This document shows, piece after piece, positions 53,222 through 61,700 of a stretch of DNA of 64,000 nucleotides. Both the position numbers and the translations under genes were made by a program. Below the pieces are notes generated by a model. That model was not told where the DNA came from. It saw nothing but the letters and a program-made list of their open reading frames with translations, and made no database searches. The stretch comes from Sphingomonas sp. (GTDB lineage Bacteria; Pseudomonadota; Alphaproteobacteria; Sphingomonadales; Sphingomonadaceae): NCBI GenBank assembly GCA_043775965.1, contig JAYVRZ010000234.1, forward strand, positions 41,061 to 105,060, written 5' to 3'. Numbering within the stretch: position 1 is the first letter of the stretch; each line of letters begins with the position of its first letter.

Positions 53222-55530
53222 ACCTCACTCGCCGTTCGCTCCTCGCCGGAAGCGGCGCGCTCGCGCTGACCGCCCGCGCGACCTTCGCTGCGCCGACGGT
53301 CGAGACGACCGCGCCCGATCTGTTCGTCGGCACCGGTGGCCACGGCCACACCTATCCCGGCGCGACTTTGCCGTTCGGGATGGTGCAGCTGAGCCCCGAT
53401 ACCGATGTCGAGCGCTGGGACGCGTGCTCGGGCTATCACCGCACCGACACCTCGATCATGGGGTTCAGCCACACGCATCTGTCGGGAACCGGGATCGGCG
53501 ACATGCTCGACGTGCTGGTCGTGCCGAACCGGGGCAAGGTGCAACTGACGCCGGGGACGCTCGCCGATCCCGATGCGGGGTATCGCCAGCGCTTCTCGGC
53601 CGAGCATGCCGAGCCGGGCTATTACCGCGTGACGCTCGAATCGGGCGTGCGCGCGGAACTGACCGCGACCGAGCGGACCGGGATCCAGCGGCATGTGTTT
53701 CCGGCGGGGCCGGGGCATATCCTCGTCAACCTGTCGCACCTGATCCTCGACAAGTCCGATACCGGCGTGCTGATCGACGATGCGTCGCTCGACATCGACG
53801 AGAGCGGTACGCTGACCGGCAGCCGCCGCGTGTTCCGCTGGGCGAAGGGGCGGCGCATCCATTTCGCGATGCAGTTCTCGCGCAAGCCCGACCGGATCGT
53901 CTTCTATGGCGACGGCGACGTCGCGCGAGGAGCGGGGGCGAAGGGCGTCGCGGGCAAGCGCGTGAAGGCGGTGCTGCATTACGACGATGCCGGCGCCGCG
54001 CCGATCGTGATCCGCACCGGCATCTCCGCAGTCGACGTCGGCGGCGCGCGCAAGAACCTGGCGGCCGAGGCGCGGCATTGGGATTTCGACCGCTATCGCG
54101 CGGACGCGACCAAGAGCTGGGCGCCCGCGCTCGAGGCCGTGCGCGTCGAGGGCGGCACGCTGGCGCAGCGCAAGATCTTGGCGAGCGCGCTATATCATGC
54201 GCAGCTCGCGCCGACGCTCTTCTCCGATGTCGACGGGCGCTATGTCGGGCTCGATCGGAAAGTGCATGACGGTGCCACGAAGGACCGTGCGTACAGCACC
54301 TATTCGATGTGGGACACGTACCGCGCGCTGCACCCGCTGCTCACGCTGATCGAGCCCGAACGGACCGCCGAGCTCGTCGGCGACCTGATCCGCCAGACGC
54401 AGCAGAGCGCGTACGGCCCGCCGGTCTGGCCGCTTCAGGGCATCGAGACGGGCTGCATGATCGGCTGGCATTCGGTGTCGGTGATGGCCGAGGCGCGCGC
54501 GAAGGGCATCCCCGCCAATTATGCCGCGGCGTGGCCGAACGTGCGGCGCCGGTCGTTCGATTTCGCGATGCCGACGATGGACAACAGCCTGGGGATCAAG
54601 CCGTACGACACGCTCGGCTACATCCCCGCCGACACCGTGTTCGAGTCGGTCTCGCGCACGCTCGAATATGCCTATGACGATTATGCGTCGGCGCATCTGG
54701 CGGACGCGGCGGGGGCGAGCGCGGAGGCCGCCCGGTTGCGCAAGCGGAGCGGCAACTGGCGCAACGTGTTCGACGCCTCGATCGGCTTTGCGCGGCCAAA
54801 GCTCGCGAACGGGACGTGGACCGCGCCGTACGATCCGATCGCGCTCGGCCATTCGTCGAAGTGGCGCGATTATACCGAGAGCAATGGCTGGCAGGCGACC
54901 TTCCTCAACCAGCACGACGTCTACGGGCTGATCGCGGCGATGGGCGGCGATGCGAAGTTCGAGGCGAAGCTCGACGGGCTGTTCAATGCGCCGTCGATCC
55001 TACCGAAGGATGCGCCGCCCGATATCTCCGGGCTGGTCGGCCAGTACGCGCACGGCAACGAGCCGAGCCACCACGTCGCGTACATGTACGCCTATTGCGG
55101 CGCGGCGTGGAAGACGCAAGGCATGGTCCGCCGGCTGCTGAACGAGATGTACAAGTACGATCCCGACGGCATCATCGGCAACGACGATTGCGGGCAGATG
55201 AGCGCGTGGTTCGTGCTGAGCGCGCTCGGGCTGTACCCGGTCGATCCGGTGAGCGCGAACTATGTGCTGGGCTCGCCGCTGTTCGACCGGGCTGAGATGC
55301 AGGTGGGCGCGGGACGGACTTTGGTCGTCGAGGCGCGCGGTAATGCGGCGGATCGGCCTTATGTGCAGTCGGTGACGTGGAACGGCCGTCCCTGGACGAA
55401 GAGCTGGATCGCGCATGCCGATATCGTCCGCGGCGGACGTCTCGTGTTTGAAATGGGCGCGACGCCCAATCGTAATTTTGGCCGCGCGCTTGCCGATCGG
55501 CCGCCAGCAACCACCGGAGTTTCGCGATGA
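53218..55530 (+). CDS. GH92 alpha-mannosidase, Tat signal
   Basis: GHTYPGATLPFGMVQLSPDT, FSHTHLSGTG, WDTYRALHPL, TLEYAYDD, QYAHGNEPSHH, GNDDCGQMSAW. Confidence 0.95.
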   Translation: MNLTRRSLLAGSGALALTARATFAAPTVETTAPDLFVGTGGHGHTYPGATLPFGMVQLSPDTDVERWDACSGYHRTDTSIMGFSHTHLSGTGIGDMLDVLVVPNRGKVQLTPGTLADPDAGYRQRFSAEHAEPGYYRVTLESGVRAELTATERTGIQRHVFPAGPGHILVNLSHLILDKSDTGVLIDDASLDIDESGTLTGSRRVFRWAKGRRIHFAMQFSRKPDRIVFYGDGDVARGAGAKGVAGKRVKAVLHYDDAGAAPIVIRTGISAVDVGGARKNLAAEARHWDFDRYRADATKSWAPALEAVRVEGGTLAQRKILASALYHAQLAPTLFSDVDGRYVGLDRKVHDGATKDRAYSTYSMWDTYRALHPLLTLIEPERTAELVGDLIRQTQQSAYGPPVWPLQGIETGCMIGWHSVSVMAEARAKGIPANYAAAWPNVRRRSFDFAMPTMDNSLGIKPYDTLGYIPADTVFESVSRTLEYAYDDYASAHLADAAGASAEAARLRKRSGNWRNVFDASIGFARPKLANGTWTAPYDPIALGHSSKWRDYTESNGWQATFLNQHDVYGLIAAMGGDAKFEAKLDGLFNAPSILPKDAPPDISGLVGQYAHGNEPSHHVAYMYAYCGAAWKTQGMVRRLLNEMYKYDPDGIIGNDDCGQMSAWFVLSALGLYPVDPVSANYVLGSPLFDRAEMQVGAGRTLVVEARGNAADRPYVQSVTWNGRPWTKSWIAHADIVRGGRLVFEMGATPNRNFGRALADRPPATTGVSR

Positions 55531-57530
55531 CCCCCAAATTTACTGGCGACCTGAACCGCCGTGCGTTGATCGCCGGTACGCTCGCCACCGCGGCCGCTGG
55601 GCGAGCGAATGCCGCCGCACCGGTCGGTGCCCCCGCACCCTGGGGCGCGACGCCGAGCGTCCGCCAGCTCGCCTGGCACCAGCGCGAACGCTACGGCTTC
55701 GTCCACTTCACGCTCAACACCTGGACCGACAAGGAATGGGGCTATGGCGACGAGGACCCCAAGCTGTTCGACCCGACCGCGTTCGATCCCGACCAGATCG
55801 TCGCCGCGGCCAAGAGCGCCGGGCTGACCGGCCTCGTCCTGACCGCCAAGCATCATGATGGCTTCTGCCTCTGGCCGACCAGGCTCACCGAGCATTGCAT
55901 CCGCAACAGTTCGTACAAGAACGGCAAGGGTGACATCGTCCGCGAACTGGGCGACGGGTGCCGCCGCGGCGGGATATCCTACGGGCTGTATCTCTCGCCG
56001 TGGGACCGCAACCGCGCCGACTATGGCACGCCCGCGTACGTCGAGTATTTCCGCGCGCAGCTGACCGATCTCTGCACCAATTACGGCGAGCTGTTCGAGG
56101 TCTGGTTCGACGGCGCGAACGGCGGCGACGGCTATTATGGTGGCGCGCGCGAGGCGCGGAAGATCGATGCGCCGAAATATTACAACTGGCCGTCGATCAT
56201 CGCGCTGGTCCACACATTGCAGCCGATGGCGTGCACCTTCGATCCGCTCGGCGCGGATATCCGCTGGGTGGGGAACGAGGACGGGCATGCGGGCGATCCG
56301 TGCTGGCCGACGATGCCGAACCATCCCTACGTGCAGAGCGAGGGCAATTCCGGCGTGCGCGGTGCGCCGCTCTGGTGGCCGGCGGAGACCAACACGTCGA
56401 TCCGGCCCGGCTGGTTCTATCACGCCGACGACGATCTGCAGGTGAAGTCGCCGCAGCGGCTGATGCAGTTCCATGATGAATCGGTCGGGCGCGGCACCAA
56501 CATGATGCTCAACCTGCCGCCCGATCGCCGTGGGCTGATCGCCGAGCCCGACCTCGCGTCGCTCAAGGCGTTCGGCGATGCGTTGCGCGCGAGCTTCAAG
56601 ACCGATCTGGCCAAGGGGGCCGTCGCGAGCGGCCCTTCGCGCGGGGTCCGGTTCGCGCCGGCCAACGTGCTCGACGGCAACCGCGAGACCTATTGGAGCA
56701 CGCCCGATGCGGTGAAGACGCCGTCGCTGGTGCTCGATCTGCCGCCGGGGCGTCGCTTCGACCTGATCCGGATCCGCGAGGCGCTCGACCTCGGCGTGCG
56801 CGTGACAAAGTTCGCTATCGATGTGGCGGATGCGAAGGGCGCCTGGCGCGAGGTCGCGGCGCACGAGTGCATCGGTGCGCAGCGGATCATCCGCCTGCCC
56901 GAGCCGGTGACGGCGCGACGCGTGCGGTTGCGGATCGTCGAGGCGCCGGCATGCCCCGCGATCACCGAGCTGTCGCTGTTCCTGGCGGTCGCGCCCGCCG
57001 TGGTCGTCGCCTCGCAGGCGACGGGTAACAAGATCATCTCGAAGACCGGGTGGACGATCGTCAGCGCGCTCCAGCACAGTCTGGCGATGAAATCCGGCAA
57101 GCCGTATTTCGCGGGCGAGACCTCGCTGGCCGGCGTGCTCAAGCCGGGATTGCCGGGTGCCGAGGCGGTGCTCGACGATGATCTCGCGACCGTCTGGACC
57201 ACGCCGGCGCCGACTCCGACGAGCGTGGTGATGCTGATGATCGACATGGGCAAGGCGGAGACCGTCGCCGGGTTCAGCCTGACGCCGACCCGCCACGCGC
57301 TGCCCGACGCGGGCCCGCCGGGTCGCTACCAGGTCGAGACGAGCGTCGACGGCAAGACCTGGACGCCGGCCGAGGAGGGCGAGTTCGGCAACATCGCCTA
57401 TGCGCGGGCGACGCAGCGCATCACCTTCGCGAAGGCACGCGAGGCGCGGTACCTGATGCTGGGCTTCACGCGGGTCGCGACCGACCAGCCGAAGATGGCG
57501 ATTGCGGGGATCGGGGCGTTTCGGCCGTAA
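55527..57530 (+). CDS. GH29 alpha-L-fucosidase with two F5/8-type domains, Tat signal
   Basis: LTAKHHDGFCLW, YLSPWDR, VWFDGANG, RWVGNE, SIRPGWFY, SVGRG..LNLPP. Confidence 0.93.
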   Translation: MTPKFTGDLNRRALIAGTLATAAAGRANAAAPVGAPAPWGATPSVRQLAWHQRERYGFVHFTLNTWTDKEWGYGDEDPKLFDPTAFDPDQIVAAAKSAGLTGLVLTAKHHDGFCLWPTRLTEHCIRNSSYKNGKGDIVRELGDGCRRGGISYGLYLSPWDRNRADYGTPAYVEYFRAQLTDLCTNYGELFEVWFDGANGGDGYYGGAREARKIDAPKYYNWPSIIALVHTLQPMACTFDPLGADIRWVGNEDGHAGDPCWPTMPNHPYVQSEGNSGVRGAPLWWPAETNTSIRPGWFYHADDDLQVKSPQRLMQFHDESVGRGTNMMLNLPPDRRGLIAEPDLASLKAFGDALRASFKTDLAKGAVASGPSRGVRFAPANVLDGNRETYWSTPDAVKTPSLVLDLPPGRRFDLIRIREALDLGVRVTKFAIDVADAKGAWREVAAHECIGAQRIIRLPEPVTARRVRLRIVEAPACPAITELSLFLAVAPAVVVASQATGNKIISKTGWTIVSALQHSLAMKSGKPYFAGETSLAGVLKPGLPGAEAVLDDDLATVWTTPAPTPTSVVMLMIDMGKAETVAGFSLTPTRHALPDAGPPGRYQVETSVDGKTWTPAEEGEFGNIAYARATQRITFAKAREARYLMLGFTRVATDQPKMAIAGIGAFRP

Positions 57531-57583
57531 AGGGGGAACGACATCTTCCATCCCGATAGGCGTGGGACCACGCCCCTAGTGCT

Positions 57584-57689
57584 ACCACCCCGGCGAAGGC
57601 CGGGGCCCAGTTGGGGGACGGCTGTAACGATGCGCGGTGCTTCGTTACTTCGGCCTTGCCAACTGGGCCCCGGCCTTCGCCGGGGTGGT
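57584..57689. repeat. REPIN-like palindromic element
   Basis: Perfect 31-bp inverted repeat ACCACCCCGGCGAAGGCCGGGGCCCAGTTGG; each arm is itself a small hairpin. Confidence 0.85.
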
Positions 57690-57758
57690 GTAATGGTGAA
57701 AGGACACCTCTCCACCGTCACCCGGCACGGTTCGATCCTCATCTTCTCCGAACATGCT

Positions 57759-57854
57759 CGTCATTCCCGCGGAGGCGGGAACCCATACTGGCTGGCCTCA
57801 CCTCAAGATCGCAGGCCTCCGAGCATATAGATCCCCGCCTGCGCGGGGATGACG
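57759..57854. repeat. REPIN/RPE-like palindromic element
   Basis: CGTCATTCCCGCGGAGGCGGGAACCCAT ... ATAGATCCCCGCCTGCGCGGGGATGACG. Confidence 0.8.
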
Positions 57855-57984
57855 ACGGAGTGTCCGGTCAGGTGGGGTCCAAAGACGACAGGGCGGAGCT
57901 TTCAGCCGTGCGTCTATAGCCAGGGGCTGGGCTAGCCGCCGCCGATCGGGCATGGGACCCCCGTCAAAACGGGTGAGCGAACAG

Positions 57985-59379
57985 ATGGACCAATCAGCAA
58001 CGATCGCGCGGATTGCGGGGCCCGAGGATCATGTCGTGGTGGTCGGCGGCGGGTTTTCGGGCGCGCTGTTCGCCGTCAACCTCATGCGGCACGAGGGGCC
58101 GCGCGTCACGCTGATCGAGCGCCGCGACCGGCAGCTCGCGCGCGGCGTCGCGTACAGCGCCGCGCATCCGGATCACCTGCTCAACGTCCGTGCGGGTAAT
58201 ATGAGTGCGTTGCCGGACGATCCCGACCACTTCGTCCGCTGGCTGGAAGCGCACGGCAAGGGCGACCGCAAGACCTTCGTCCCGCGCACCACCTATGGCG
58301 CGTATCTGCGCGAACTGCTCGACGCGGCGATCGCGGACTCGAACGGGCGGCTGGTGCATGTCGAAGGCGAAGTCTGCGCGATCGAGCCGGTGACCGGCGA
58401 CGGCGTCACGCTGACGATGGCGGACGGGCGGACGATCGCGGCCGACACCGCGGTGCTCGCGCTCGGCAATTTGCCGCCGCACACGCCGCCAGGTCTCAAG
58501 CCTGACGCGCTCCCGGCTGGTGTGTATTGCGCCGATCCGTGGGCGGCCGACCTTGCCGAGGGGCTGGGCGCGGACGACACGGTCGTGCTGGTCGGCACCG
58601 GGTTGACCGCGATCGACGCGGCGTTGCTGCTCGATGCGCAGGGGTTTGCAGGACACATCCTCGCCACGTCGCGGCGCGGGTTGTCGCCGCGGCGGCACGT
58701 CGACGGCGCGCCTGCGCACCGCGGTGTTTCGGACAAGCCGCAAGGTGGGCTGACCGACCTCGTACGCCATGTTCGTGCGCGGACCGAAGAGGGCGGCTGG
58801 CGCGCGGCGGTGGACGAGCTTCGCCCGGTCACGCAGATGCTGTGGTCGGCGGCATCGCAGGAGGTGCGCGCGCGCTTCCTGCGCCATCTCCGCCCCTATT
58901 GGGACGTCCACCGCCACCGCCTCGCACCTGCCGTCGCCGACCGGGTCGAGGCGCTCGTCGCGACCGGTCGACTGACCTTCGCGGCGGGCAAGATCGTTTC
59001 CGCCGAAGCCGATGGGACCCAGGCAAAGCTGACGTGGCGACCACGGGGCGAAACCGATCCGGTCGTCACGCGCGCCGCGCGGATCGTGAACTGCACGGGC
59101 CCGCAAGGCGATCTCCTGCGCTCGGAGGAACCGCTCGTGAAGCATCTGCTCGCAGCCGGCGCGATCCGCCCCGATCCGCTGCGGCTCGGTGTCGACGTCG
59201 ACGCACAGTCGCGCGCGATCCGCGCCGATGGCACGCCCGACGACCGGATCCACTGCATCGGCCCGATGACCCGTGGCGGCCTGTGGGAAGTCGTCGCGGT
59301 CCCCGATATCCGCGTCCAGAGCTGGGACCTCGCGCGCCGGTTGTCGAATGCGCAATGGGTCGGCGGCGAAGGGTTGTGA
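57985..59379 (+). CDS. FAD/NAD(P)-binding protein (YdhS-like)
   Basis: VVVGGGFSG, GVAYS..HLLNVRAGNMSA, VGTGLTAID, WDVHRHR, VNCTGP, WEVVAVPDIR; ATG 57952 is an alternative start. Confidence 0.85.
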   Translation: MDQSATIARIAGPEDHVVVVGGGFSGALFAVNLMRHEGPRVTLIERRDRQLARGVAYSAAHPDHLLNVRAGNMSALPDDPDHFVRWLEAHGKGDRKTFVPRTTYGAYLRELLDAAIADSNGRLVHVEGEVCAIEPVTGDGVTLTMADGRTIAADTAVLALGNLPPHTPPGLKPDALPAGVYCADPWAADLAEGLGADDTVVLVGTGLTAIDAALLLDAQGFAGHILATSRRGLSPRRHVDGAPAHRGVSDKPQGGLTDLVRHVRARTEEGGWRAAVDELRPVTQMLWSAASQEVRARFLRHLRPYWDVHRHRLAPAVADRVEALVATGRLTFAAGKIVSAEADGTQAKLTWRPRGETDPVVTRAARIVNCTGPQGDLLRSEEPLVKHLLAAGAIRPDPLRLGVDVDAQSRAIRADGTPDDRIHCIGPMTRGGLWEVVAVPDIRVQSWDLARRLSNAQWVGGEGL

Positions 59380-60512
59380 GCCCAGTCCGGCGCTTTTTCG
59401 CGGGCGATGCGGCGGGCGCCATCGTGCTGCTCGCCGCGACGATCGCCGCGCTGCTGGTCGCCAATTCGCCGCTCGCGCCGGCCTATTTCGCGACGCTGCA
59501 CCACGAAATCGGCGGATTGAGCGTCCATCACTGGATCGACGACGGCGCGATGGCGCTGTTCTTCCTGCTGATCGGGCTCGAGGTGAAGAGCGAGTTCCTC
59601 TCGGGGCATCTCTCGACCTGGCCCGAGCGCATCCTGCCGGGCGCGGCGGCGCTCGCGGGGATGATCGTGCCGGCGTGCATTTACCTGCTCGTCAACATCG
59701 GCACGCCGGCAAACTTGCGCGGCTGGGCGATCCCGGCGGCGACCGACATCGCGTTCGCGCTCGGCATCCTTGCGCTGCTCGGGTCGCGCGTGCCGACCTC
59801 GCTGAAGGTTCTGCTGACCGCGATCGCGGTGATCGACGACCTGCTCGCGATCCTCGTCATCGCGGTCTTCTACACCGGCCATATCGCTCTGCTGCCGTTG
59901 CTCGCGGCGGGCGCGGGGCTCGGATTGCTCGTGATCCTGAACCTGTCGGGTGTGCGGTCGCTGGTGCCGTACCTGCTGATAGGAATCGGCGTGTGGTACG
60001 GCGTGTTGCTGTCGGGCGTCCATGCGACGCTCGCCGGCGTCGCGGTCGCGCTGACGATCCCGCTGCGGACGGGGGACGGCCAACCGCCGCTGAAGCGGCT
60101 CGAACACGCGCTGCAACCCTGGTCGAGTTTCGCGATCGTGCCGGCGTTCGGCTTCGCCAATGCGGGTATCGCGTTCGGCGGGATGGTCGCGGCGGACGTG
60201 ATATCGCCGCTGCCGGTCGGCATCATGCTCGGGCTGTTCCTCGGCAAGCAAGTGGGCATCTTCGCGACGATCCGCGGGCTCGTGGCGGTCCGGCTGGCGG
60301 AGGCCCCCAAGGCCGCGAACTGGGCACAGGTCTACGGCATGGCGGTGCTGTGCGGGATCGGCTTCACGATGAGCCTGTTCATCGGCGGCCTGGCGTTTGC
60401 GGACGCGCCGCACGCGCTGGACTCGGTCAAGATCGGCGTGTTCGCCGGCTCGATCCTGTCGGGCGTCGCGGGCTGGATGTTGCTTCGTCGTGCCGGAGGA
60501 TCGGTGTCATGA
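59376..60512 (+). CDS. nhaA: Na+/H+ antiporter NhaA
   Basis: WIDDGAMALFFLLIGLEVK, GWAIPAATDIAFALG, IAVIDDL, SGVHATLAG, LGKQVG, LCGIGFTMSLFI; GTGA overlap. Confidence 0.93.
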   Translation: MSPVRRFFAGDAAGAIVLLAATIAALLVANSPLAPAYFATLHHEIGGLSVHHWIDDGAMALFFLLIGLEVKSEFLSGHLSTWPERILPGAAALAGMIVPACIYLLVNIGTPANLRGWAIPAATDIAFALGILALLGSRVPTSLKVLLTAIAVIDDLLAILVIAVFYTGHIALLPLLAAGAGLGLLVILNLSGVRSLVPYLLIGIGVWYGVLLSGVHATLAGVAVALTIPLRTGDGQPPLKRLEHALQPWSSFAIVPAFGFANAGIAFGGMVAADVISPLPVGIMLGLFLGKQVGIFATIRGLVAVRLAEAPKAANWAQVYGMAVLCGIGFTMSLFIGGLAFADAPHALDSVKIGVFAGSILSGVAGWMLLRRAGGSVS

Positions 60513-61198
60513 GTGCCCAGACCGTGCTGGTCGTCGATGACGAGCTCCATATCCGGCGGCTGCTGCGCAACACGCTGGAGCGCGTCGGCTACGCGGTCGA
60601 GGAAGCGGTCGACGCGCGCGAGGCGTTGCGGATCGCCGCGAGCCGGCCGTTGACCGCGGTGCTGCTCGATCTCGGCCTGCCCGACCGCGACGGGCTCGAG
60701 CTGGTGCCGCTGCTGAAGGCGCTCGGCGATCCGATCGTCCTGGTCGTGTCCGCGCGCGAGGCGACCGACCAGAAGGTGGCGGCGCTCGATCTCGGCGCCG
60801 AGGATTATGTCACCAAGCCGTTCGATACCGAGGAACTGCTCGCCCGCCTTCGGGTCGCGCTGCGCGGTCGTGGCGAGGCGACGTCGCGGCCGACGATCCT
60901 GCGCGCGCACGGTGTCGAGATCGATTTCGACAACCGCGTCGCCCGCCGTGGCAACGAGGAGGCGCACCTGACACGCAAGGAGTTCGACGTGCTGTCGGCG
61001 CTCGCCGCGCATCCCGGGCGGGTGGTGACCCACCAGCGGATACTGGAGGCGGCGTGGCCGACCGATCACGACCGCCGGATCGAGTATCTCCGCATCGTCG
61101 TCCGCAACCTTCGCCAGAAACTGGAGGGCGCGGACGGCGTCGGCAGCGTGATCGCGAACGAACTCGGCATCGGGTACCGGTTGCTCGTCGATCCGTGA
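60509..61198 (+). CDS. kdpE: OmpR-family response regulator, KdpE-like
   Basis: VVDDELHIRRLL, LDLGLPDRDG, KVAALDLGAEDYVTKPF, GRVVTHQRIL, YLRIVVRNLRQKLE, GIGYR; ATGA overlap. Confidence 0.8.
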   Translation: MSAQTVLVVDDELHIRRLLRNTLERVGYAVEEAVDAREALRIAASRPLTAVLLDLGLPDRDGLELVPLLKALGDPIVLVVSAREATDQKVAALDLGAEDYVTKPFDTEELLARLRVALRGRGEATSRPTILRAHGVEIDFDNRVARRGNEEAHLTRKEFDVLSALAAHPGRVVTHQRILEAAWPTDHDRRIEYLRIVVRNLRQKLEGADGVGSVIANELGIGYRLLVDP

Positions 61199-61218
61199 AC
61201 GTTTGACGTGAGATAGCG

Positions 61219-61273
61219 TGTTTCCCCGCGAAGGCGGGGACCCAGCCTGGGCTCCCGCCTTCGCGGGAGAACA
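61219..61273. repeat. REP doublet (same family as the nagF insert)
   Basis: TGTTTCCCCGCGAAGGCGGGGACCCAG-C-CTGGGCTCCCGCCTTCGCGGGAGAACA. Confidence 0.8.
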
Positions 61274-61361
61274 AGGAAGCGCGAACCTTACGGAATCACT
61301 ATGCCGCAGCTTCGATTTCGATCTCGAACGCTAATGCCGGCCCCGATATCTGAAGCGCCGC

Positions 61362-61622
61362 ATGACACGCGCTGCCCATCACCTCCGCACCGACCTGAGC
61401 CTCCGCGCGAGCGGTCTCCTGTCGCTCGCGATCGCGGCCGTCGCGATCTACGCGCTGGCGGGGCACACGCCACCAACCGGCGCGCTCGCGTTCCTGTTCG
61501 CCGCGATCGGCTTTCTCGGGGCGAGCGCGGGTGCGACGTTCCTGCTGCTCGGCCGGCATATCCACGACCCAATCAGCGTAAGCGCCCGCTGGCGACGGAA
61601 CGCGCGACCGGCGGGGCGCTAG
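61362..61622 (+). CDS. Small membrane protein, two predicted TM segments
   Basis: Two hydrophobic stretches and host-like codon usage; family not recognised. Confidence 0.55.
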   Translation: MTRAAHHLRTDLSLRASGLLSLAIAAVAIYALAGHTPPTGALAFLFAAIGFLGASAGATFLLLGRHIHDPISVSARWRRNARPAGR

Positions 61623-61700
61623 CCGGGACCTGTCGACGCGCGCGCTCTGTCGCAGTATGCTACCGCATTGCAGCATGATGACGATGAGGGAGCGTTCTGC

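Noticed and set aside
57584-57854. Clustered repeats as a CRISPR array or IS ends
   Set aside because: They are inverted, not direct repeats with spacers, and no cas or transposase gene is present.
20285-60512. Two Na+/H+ antiporters as one salt-tolerance system
   Set aside because: They belong to different families (CPA1 and NhaA), lie about 37 kb apart, and share no visible regulatory sequence.
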